From NCBI GenBank assembly GCA_964510165.1, contig CAZEBC010000089.1:1-15647 (forward strand): 15,647 nucleotides of DNA. The letters are read 5' to 3'. The notes beneath the pieces are model-generated. The model searched no databases, had not been told where the DNA came from, and saw only the letters and a program-made list of their open reading frames with translations. This document shows, piece by piece, positions 7,016 through 13,381 of this stretch. The stretch's first letter is position 1. Every line of letters begins with the position of its first letter. The position numbers and the translations under genes were made by a program. The DNA is from an uncultured bacterium. Its GTDB lineage: Bacteria > Abyssobacteria > SURF-5.

Positions 7016-7045
7016 ATTATATGGGCAGTGGGAAGCATTTGTCCA
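7016..7045 (-). promoter_or_regulatory. Putative sigma70 promoter of the Cys-rich gene
   Basis: Minus strand: TGGACA (7045-7040), 18 nt, TATAAT (7021-7016). Confidence 0.65.
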
Positions 7046-7080
7046 TAAGGAAGTGCGAAGCGGCGGAGTTGTGGCCGAAC

Positions 7081-7123
7081 GTTAAACTGGGGACACGATG
7101 AGGCATCATGTCCCCAGTCTAAC
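7081..7123 (-). repeat. 20-bp-arm hairpin downstream of the phosphatase gene (3'-end stem or REP-like element)
   Basis: GTTAAACTGGGGACACGATG-AGG-CATCATGTCCCCAGTCTAAC; 18/20 Watson-Crick pairs, and both mismatches become G-U pairs on the minus-strand RNA. No clear U-tract follows. Confidence 0.7.
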
Positions 7124-7155
7124 TTGCAGACGGGGGCATTTATCTATACCCCAAT

Positions 7156-8751
7156 TTAACTGGGGGAGAAGCCGTTTATCTTGGCGGTGACCAGGGTGAG
7201 GTCGTCGTGCTGGGGACGGTTTGCGGTGAAGTCGGCGAGGTCGTTCAGTATGTGGTCGGCGACAGTCTGGGCGGAGTCGGGCCCGCTGGAGAGGGCGTAC
7301 TTGAGCCGTTCGAGGGAATAGTATTCCTTATCCAGGCTTCTTGCCTCGGTTATGCCGTCGGTGTAAAAGACCGCGAGGTCGCCGGTATGGAGGGGCACTT
7401 CGTCGGTTCTGTACTCGAACCCTTTCAAGATTCCGAGGGGTACGCCCGTCAAAGAATCGGGCGACGTGAGGGTTTCTTCACGACGGAGGAGAAACGGGGG
7501 ATGGCCCGCGTTGGCGAACCTGAGCCGTCGCAGAGTCAGGTCGAACACCGCGTAGACGGCGGTGACGTACATGCCGTGAGTGCTCCCTTCGATCAGGGTG
7601 TCGTTGAGTTCGTTCAAGACTTCGGACGGCTCGCGATGGGGTCGCGCGCGCAGCCTGAAGTTGCTTATTGCGCGCACCATGAGGAGCGCACCGGGGACGC
7701 CCTTGCCGGCCACGTCCGCGATGATAAGCCCGAAGCGGTGAGGGCCAAGTTCAACGAAGTCGAAGAAATCGCCGCCGATCATGTGGGCGGGTACGTTTTT
7801 TGCCACTATTTCGGCCAGGTGTTCATACCCTGATATCTTGGGGAACAGGCTCTTCTGGATCGCCTGCGCGAGGTCGAGTTCATGGCGAAGCCTTTGCTGC
7901 TCGAGCGCGCGGAGGTGAATGCGCGCGTTTTGTATTGCAACGGCCGTTTGCAGGGCGACGATCTCGATCGCTCTCAAATCGGACTGCGAAAACGGAGCGG
8001 CATGGTTGAGCCGGTTAACGTTGAGAATGCCGATGGTCTTGCCGCCGATGCGGATGGGCGCGCATATGCTCGAGCGGATGACCCGGGCGATGTCGCGCGG
8101 GATGAACGGCAGTTGGGCGAGTCCGCCTTGCAGGACAATCGGCTCGTTGTTGGCGAGCACGAGCGTGAGGATGCTGGTTTCGTCCATCTCGCAGACGGCG
8201 CCCGTGCATCCATTGGAGAAACCCCTGGCGGCCTCCAGCCTTATTGTCTTGAGGTCATCGTCCAGGAGCAGGATGGCGGCCTGATCGGCGCCCACCTCAT
8301 GCAGAGCGGTCTCCAGAAGGAGATTGAGAACCTCTTTGGGGTCGAGGGTGACGCTCAGGGCCGAGCAGACGCGGTACATATGCTGCTGGTTGAGTCGTTG
8401 CTCGATGACGGAGCAGAGCGCGTCGGCGTTGAGGGGTTTCAGGACATACTCGTATCCCGCAAACATCACCATATTGGGATTGCTGTCGATTTCTTCTCTT
8501 GTGCCGAGAAGGATGACGGAGATTTCGGGATTGTTGGCCTTGGCATTGCGGATGATCCGGGTTCCCGCGATTTCGTTCACGCCGACGTCGAGCAGCACGA
8601 TATTGGCCGGGTGCTCCTTCGCGGCCCTCATTGTTTCTTCCGGCGTGAAGCACTGGATCACCTCGTACCCTCTTTGCACGAGGCAATTCGCGAGGTTTTT
8701 GAGAGTCTCAGCGGAGCGGTCGAACGCGATTAAGCGTACGGCTTTTTTCAC
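7156..8751 (-). CDS. Atypical REC-GAF-PP2C (SpoIIE/RsbU-type) serine phosphatase
   Basis: PP2C motifs GGDFFD, IADVAGKG, NAGHPP, YTDGITEA and DDLT. Central GAF (SSICAPIRIGGKTIGILNV...FSQSD). N-terminal receiver-like fold (VLLD...VLKP). Confidence 0.92.
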   Translation of the reverse strand: MKKAVRLIAFDRSAETLKNLANCLVQRGYEVIQCFTPEETMRAAKEHPANIVLLDVGVNEIAGTRIIRNAKANNPEISVILLGTREEIDSNPNMVMFAGYEYVLKPLNADALCSVIEQRLNQQHMYRVCSALSVTLDPKEVLNLLLETALHEVGADQAAILLLDDDLKTIRLEAARGFSNGCTGAVCEMDETSILTLVLANNEPIVLQGGLAQLPFIPRDIARVIRSSICAPIRIGGKTIGILNVNRLNHAAPFSQSDLRAIEIVALQTAVAIQNARIHLRALEQQRLRHELDLAQAIQKSLFPKISGYEHLAEIVAKNVPAHMIGGDFFDFVELGPHRFGLIIADVAGKGVPGALLMVRAISNFRLRARPHREPSEVLNELNDTLIEGSTHGMYVTAVYAVFDLTLRRLRFANAGHPPFLLRREETLTSPDSLTGVPLGILKGFEYRTDEVPLHTGDLAVFYTDGITEARSLDKEYYSLERLKYALSSGPDSAQTVADHILNDLADFTANRPQHDDLTLVTAKINGFSPS

Positions 8752-8787
8752 GGCGTTCCCCTTTTCGTCTCGACACGAGAGCGCGAG

Positions 8788-10539
8788 CTATGCAGCGAGG
8801 GCGACCGACACGATTTCCCGCAGGTCGGAGGTCGAGAACGGCTTGATGAGGCAGTGACAACCCGTGCTCTCGAAGAACTCGCGGATTTCGCGGTGATAGA
8901 TGTCGCCGGTGCTGAAGATGATGCGGTTCTGCAGCGAGGGCCGGTTCCGGACGACCCATTCGTAAAGCTGCTTTCCATCAAACCCGGGCATATGATAGTC
9001 AATCACGAGCAGGTCGAAGGCGTCCCTTTCAAGCTTGTTTGTTGCGTCGTTTCCATCGGCCGCAAACTGGATCGAATATCCCGGTCCGAGAATGTCGCGA
9101 ATGACATCGCGGATGGTTGAGTCGTCATCGACGACCAGGATTTTGGCGGCCCCTTCCGGCGGGCCTCCCGCCGAAGCGTCGTCGGAGGCGTCCCTGCAGT
9201 CGGTTCTCGGTATTTCGATGATGAAATGCGCGCCCGGTGTCTGTGTGTCGTCGAGGCAAACCCGGCCATTGTGTTCTTCGAGATAGCGCCTGGATATGCT
9301 GAGTCCCAGGCCGGTGCCCTTGCCGGCGTCTTTGGTGGTGAAGAAAGGCTCGAAGATTCTCTCTTTCAATTCCGGCGGCACCCCGGGTCCGGTGTCGGAC
9401 ACGCTGAATCTTACGCAGTTGCCGTCATGGGAGGACCTTATTCTCAATTCACCTCCCGTGTGCTCCATGGCGTGGACCGCATTGTTTACGATGTTAAGGA
9501 AGACCTGCGCGATCTGTTTCTCATTGACCGTGGTCAGTGGAAGGTCGGGAGAGAGGTCGAGGGAAACGTTTATTCCATGGTTTCGCAGTTTGTATTCGGT
9601 CAGCGTCAGAGTTTTCTGGAGGATCTGGTTGAGGTTGGCAGGGGTCTTCTCCTTTGAGTCGGGGCGAGAGTAATTGAGAAACGTCTCCAGAATGGCCTTT
9701 GCCCCCATGGCCGATTCCTCAATCACGCGGAGCCTCTTCTCGTCCTTTTCGTTGGCGGCCTGTTGCCTGAGCATCTGAGAGTAGACCAGTATGGGAGCGA
9801 TGCGATTGTTGAGTTCGTGTGCGACGCTCGCGAGCATCTCGCCGAGCGTGGCAAAGCGTTCCGAGCGCAGGAGTTGCTCCTTGAGGTCCGCCAACGCGCG
9901 CTGGGCCTCCGACAGGCGGGTTGCGTTGTCGTTGACGTTTTTTTCGAGCCGGGATTTCTCGTTTTTCTGTTTATCCAGGGCAAGCGCCTTCTCAAGCATG
10001 ACTGCGCAGTGGTCGGCGACCAGCGCCACGTTTTGCTTATCGGTATCGCTGAAACTGCGCTTCTTGGAATGACTGCAGTTGATGACACCCATAACCGAGC
10101 CTCCAGTGGAGATGGGAGCGCAGATGACGGAATTGACCTCCTTGGCGGCTGAATCCAGTTTTACGAATCGTTGGTCGGTCTCGCAGTCTTCAATCGACAG
10201 CACTCGGTCGTTTTCGGCAGCCCAGCCCGCCGCGCCTTCGCCGCGGGCAAACACGGTTGTAGGCAGATCGTTGGTTCCAAAAAACGATCCCCTGTCATCT
10301 CTTCCCTTTGCGACAACCAGGTTCAGGCTGGCGGTCTCGGGGTCGATGAGCATGATCGAGCAATTCTCGGCCGGGGTGAAGTCTATGATTGCGTTCACGA
10401 TCGAAATGCAGAGTTCGGGCAGATTGCCGATCAAGGAGACAGCTTCGTTAAGCTGACTGACGAGGCACAACTGCGAAAGCACCTCTTTATAGCGGTGTTT
10501 CACGTCTCCGCTTGGGTTCGCCAAGTCCAGTTTGTCCAT
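8788..10539 (-). CDS. Cytoplasmic hybrid sensor histidine kinase (GAF-coiled coil-HisKA-HATPase_c-REC)
   Basis: H box VAHELNN, N box NIVNNA, G1 DTGPG, F box [10 protein letters not shown]2 GTGLGLS. C-terminal REC VVDDD...VIDYHMP...STG...KPF. No TM segments. Start placed at ATG 10539 (GGAGAAAAGG upstream). Confidence 0.92.
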   Translation of the reverse strand: MDKLDLANPSGDVKHRYKEVLSQLCLVSQLNEAVSLIGNLPELCISIVNAIIDFTPAENCSIMLIDPETASLNLVVAKGRDDRGSFFGTNDLPTTVFARGEGAAGWAAENDRVLSIEDCETDQRFVKLDSAAKEVNSVICAPISTGGSVMGVINCSHSKKRSFSDTDKQNVALVADHCAVMLEKALALDKQKNEKSRLEKNVNDNATRLSEAQRALADLKEQLLRSERFATLGEMLASVAHELNNRIAPILVYSQMLRQQAANEKDEKRLRVIEESAMGAKAILETFLNYSRPDSKEKTPANLNQILQKTLTLTEYKLRNHGINVSLDLSPDLPLTTVNEKQIAQVFLNIVNNAVHAMEHTGGELRIRSSHDGNCVRFSVSDTGPGVPPELKERIFEPFFTTKDAGKGTGLGLSISRRYLEEHNGRVCLDDTQTPGAHFIIEIPRTDCRDASDDASAGGPPEGAAKILVVDDDSTIRDVIRDILGPGYSIQFAADGNDATNKLERDAFDLLVIDYHMPGFDGKQLYEWVVRNRPSLQNRIIFSTGDIYHREIREFFESTGCHCLIKPFSTSDLREIVSVALAA

Positions 10540-10585
10540 AAACCTTTTCTCCACAAAGCTTGTCAAAGTCTGTTCACTCCTCTCC

Positions 10586-10630
10586 CCCTCACCCCAACCC
10601 CTCTCCCCCTGGGAGAGGCCAGGGTGAGGG
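10586..10630. repeat. REP-like palindrome copy D between the HDOD and kinase genes
   Basis: CCCTCACCCCAACCCCTCTCCC-CCT-GGGAGAGGCCAGGGTGAGGG; same family as the copies at about 4004, 4634 and 4707. Confidence 0.85.
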
Positions 10631-10637
10631 CCTGCGC

Positions 10638-11549
10638 TCACGCGCGCCTGGGAGCGTCTTCCCAATCCGAAAAGAGCGACACGAACGATTCCTTGCGTGT
10701 GGCCAGGAGCTCCCTGAGTCGAGCCAGTTCACCTTCATCAAGTTTGATTTCCTTGAGTTCCGATTCATCAAAGGGGGAAGGCGTCTGGTCGGGCAAGCAG
10801 ATGCCTTCCTGCAAACACAGATGGTTCGCCACTCGTACTATCGCCGCCAATGGGTCGTATCGTTCGTCGTTCGCCATATGGCCATGGTGATTGGCGATGC
10901 TGAAGATGATTGGTTTCGGGAACTTCCAGCGTTGCGCCATCCACATGCCTACTTCGGCATGGGAGAAGCCGAGCACCTCGACTTCCGCATCGACAACCGA
11001 TTTACCTTCCGCCGCTCTTGACATCGCGCGGGCGTAGCTGTCGGGGAAGTGGATATCAAGAACAATCTTGCCGAGGTCGTGTAAGAGGCCGGAGACAAAA
11101 GCGGTCTCGAGGTCCACCCGATGAGTCATTGTGGCAATTTTCTTGCACAGATAAGCGCAGGCAAGCGAATGCGTCCAGAACCGGGTCCTGTCGAAGTGTC
11201 TGCTTCCAGCGCCACGGAATGCATCTATGACGGAAGCGCTCAGCGCAATGCTCCTCACGGCGTCAAAACCGAGCACCACAATGGCCTGCAAGACGGTAGT
11301 GACCTCCTGCGAGAGTCCGAAATAGGCCGAATTGGCAATCTTAAGTATGTTGGCGGTGAGCGCCTGGTCTTTGGAGATGACCTCGGCCATATCCGCCGCG
11401 CTGGACCGATCATTGGCGGCGACCTTCAACACCTTGCTTAGAATGGTGGACAGAGTCGGCAGTTCCAGCACCTCAAGGATGAGGAACTTGCCTTCCTCCT
11501 TCTTACTCTTCCTTCGTGGGTGACGCTTTGGGGCTCCGGCACATGTCAT
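10638..11549 (-). CDS. Stand-alone HDOD domain protein
   Basis: LPTL, ISKDQALTANILKIANSAYFG, LGF, FWTHS, GLLHDLGK, E..VLGFSHAEVG...W.FP, HH. RBS AAGGAG 11 nt upstream of the ATG. Confidence 0.92.
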   Translation of the reverse strand: MTCAGAPKRHPRRKSKKEEGKFLILEVLELPTLSTILSKVLKVAANDRSSAADMAEVISKDQALTANILKIANSAYFGLSQEVTTVLQAIVVLGFDAVRSIALSASVIDAFRGAGSRHFDRTRFWTHSLACAYLCKKIATMTHRVDLETAFVSGLLHDLGKIVLDIHFPDSYARAMSRAAEGKSVVDAEVEVLGFSHAEVGMWMAQRWKFPKPIIFSIANHHGHMANDERYDPLAAIVRVANHLCLQEGICLPDQTPSPFDESELKEIKLDEGELARLRELLATRKESFVSLFSDWEDAPRRA

Positions 11550-11692
11550 GAGACGGTCGGCTCCTTAACCATGGACAATTTTTCTTTGCTAGCGCCCAAT
11601 CTCGATCCGCCCCTGCATTTCTGCACGACTCAAACCACAGGCCGCATGCTCTCAACGCGGCCTGTACGAATCATGCAAGTACCCGACACAAG

Positions 11693-11709
11693 AGCAAAGA
11701 AGATGCCAA
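11693..11709 (-). promoter_or_regulatory. sigma54 (-24/-12) promoter of the HDOD-kinase-phosphatase operon
   Basis: Minus strand TTGGCATCTTCTTTGCT: GG-N10-GC with the TGGCA and TTGC cores. Confidence 0.8.
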
Positions 11710-11739
11710 CTAGTTCATCTATAGGTGAAACGGGACGGA

Positions 11740-11752
11740 TAACAATATCTTG
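11740..11752 (+). promoter_or_regulatory. Candidate IHF-binding site
   Basis: TAACAATATCTTG is one mismatch from WATCAANNNNTTR, at about -58 to -70 from the inferred sigma54 start. Confidence 0.45.
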
Positions 11753-11788
11753 GGGTTACCTGAGGGATACGAGATGAAATGGCACTAC

Positions 11789-11824
11789 GGGCAATACTGG
11801 AACGTGGGGGCAACAAAGGGACGT
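11789..11824. promoter_or_regulatory. Candidate upstream activator sequences (tandem direct repeat)
   Basis: GGGCAATACTGGAACGT (11789-11805) and GGGCAACAAAGGGACGT (11808-11824), 13/17 identical, at about -107 to -142. Confidence 0.35.
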
Positions 11825-11856
11825 TCAAGAACGCGGACGCACAAAAACGAGCGGGT

Positions 11857-13230
11857 CTATGAAAGCCCCAGTTTGTCCATCTGGTACTTCAGCGTGCGGC
11901 GGCTGGTTTTAAGCATGTCGGCAGCGCGGGTCTGCACGCCGCCCGATCTTTGGAGGGCTTCAGAGATGATTTCGCTGAGGAACTGGCGTTCGGCCTGCTC
12001 CAGCGAGAGCTCACCCGAGAAGATCTTTTCCTTATACTGAGCCACGTCCTGTTTGGTGAATCGCACGTTTTCCGGAAGGTCTTCGGGCTCGATGACGTCT
12101 TTTTGGGAAAGGACGAGCAATCGTTCCACCACGTTTTGGAGCTCTCTCACGTTGCCCGGCCATGAGTGTGACACCAGCGTGTCAACGGCGGAGGGGGTGA
12201 ATGTTTTCGGACGGATAGAGAGTTCAGCCGAAAGCACCTTGACGAAGTGGTCGATAAGCAGGGGTATGTCCTCGGGCCGCTCCCTAAGCCGGGGAATCTG
12301 GATGGGAACGACATTGATCCGATAGTAAAGGTCTTCGCGGAACTTGCCGTCCTTGACCGCCTTTTCGAGGTCGCGGTTGGTTGCGGCGATGATCCTTACG
12401 TCCACGCGGATATTCTGGGTGCCGCCAACGCGCATGAACTCGTGTTCCTGGAGGAAACGGAGGAGCTTGACCTGGACCGACGTTGGGATTTCGCCGATTT
12501 CGTCGAGGAAGAGCGTGCCTTTGTCGGCAAGTTCGCATCGGCCGGTCTTCTTGGTCGCCCCGGTGAATGCCCCTTTCTCGTGGCCGAACAGCTCGCTCTC
12601 GAAGAGGGATTCGGGCAGGGTGTTGCAGTCCAGCGCGATAAACGGGCCGTTTCTGCGCGGGCTTTCCCTGTGGTAGTGGATGGCGCGAGCGATGAGTTCC
12701 TTTCCGGTGCCGCTTTCGCCGAGGAGCAGGAGCGTCGTCCGCTTTCCCGCGACCTGTTCGATTTGGCGATAGATTTCCTGCATGGGTTTGCTCTCGCCGA
12801 CAAGGTTTTCAAAACCGTACCTTCGCTCGATTTGAGTGCGAAGGCTGCGGACTTCATTGACCAGGGTGCGGTTTTCCAGGGCCTTTTCGGCGACGAGGCG
12901 CAGCTCGTCGATGTTAAAGGGCTTGCAGATATAGTCGAAGGCGCCGAGCTTCATCGCCTCCACTGCCGATTCCACCGCGCGGTTGGCGGTGACCATGACG
13001 ACGGGGGGTGCGTCATCCATCATCCGAATCTGGTTGAGCATTTCCATTCCACTGACATCGGGCATCATGATGTCCAGGAAGATCAGGTCCACATGATGGT
13101 CGGCCATGTACGCAAGCGCTTCTGGAGCCGATTGCTTGGGGACCACCTCATAAACGCCCTTGAATATGTCGCAGCATGTGTCGAGCACGTTGCGCTCGTC
13201 ATCGACTGCCATCAGGACTGGGAGCGGCAC
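11857..13230 (-). CDS. sigma54-dependent response regulator (NtrC/AtoC family; REC-AAA+-Fis HTH)
   Basis: REC VDDE...FLDIMMP...VTA...KPF; Walker A GESGTGKE; ESELFGHEKGAFTGA; Walker B LFLDEIG; FREDLYYR; WPGNVRELQN; C-terminal HTH. Confidence 0.96.
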   Translation of the reverse strand: MPLPVLMAVDDERNVLDTCCDIFKGVYEVVPKQSAPEALAYMADHHVDLIFLDIMMPDVSGMEMLNQIRMMDDAPPVVMVTANRAVESAVEAMKLGAFDYICKPFNIDELRLVAEKALENRTLVNEVRSLRTQIERRYGFENLVGESKPMQEIYRQIEQVAGKRTTLLLLGESGTGKELIARAIHYHRESPRRNGPFIALDCNTLPESLFESELFGHEKGAFTGATKKTGRCELADKGTLFLDEIGEIPTSVQVKLLRFLQEHEFMRVGGTQNIRVDVRIIAATNRDLEKAVKDGKFREDLYYRINVVPIQIPRLRERPEDIPLLIDHFVKVLSAELSIRPKTFTPSAVDTLVSHSWPGNVRELQNVVERLLVLSQKDVIEPEDLPENVRFTKQDVAQYKEKIFSGELSLEQAERQFLSEIISEALQRSGGVQTRAADMLKTSRRTLKYQMDKLGLS

Positions 13231-13276
13231 GGCGCGCCTCCTCGTGTCGGTCGTGAATTAGTCATGAATCGGGCGC

Positions 13277-13305
13277 ATTTTAGCATAGCGAAAAGGTGAT
13301 GTCAA
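13277..13305 (-). promoter_or_regulatory. sigma70 promoter of the sigma54 activator gene
   Basis: Minus strand: TTGACA (13305-13300), 17 nt, TAAAAT (13282-13277), with extended -10 TG. RBS GAGGAGG precedes GTG 13230. Confidence 0.75.
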
Positions 13306-13381
13306 GAACGCACTCGTGGCGATGCGACGGACAACTCATGACGCTCAGGCTTCCGTTTCCGACCGGTGCAGGTCGCTGCAG

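Noticed and set aside
10540-10665. 42-aa N-terminal extension of the histidine kinase in the ORF track
   Set aside because: It is a translation of the palindromic repeat (PHPGLSQGERGWGEG) and overlaps the HDOD stop. ATG 10539 has an RBS.
11780-11796. Plus-strand TGGCAC as a second sigma54 promoter
   Set aside because: No TTGC at -12 spacing, and it would point antisense into the activator gene.
12533-12575. Short linker after GAFTGA (TKKTG, apparently one residue shorter than usual) and GRCE instead of GRFE
   Set aside because: Walker A/B, GAFTGA and the arginine-finger region are intact, so there are no grounds to call the activator inactive.
12247-13299. 350-aa plus-strand ORF, and similar ORFs at 1720-2697, 6564-7085, 7207-7833, 7882-8733 and 13316-14095
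   Set aside because: All overlap well-supported genes, mostly antisense, and have no recognisable motifs; expected in high-GC3 DNA.
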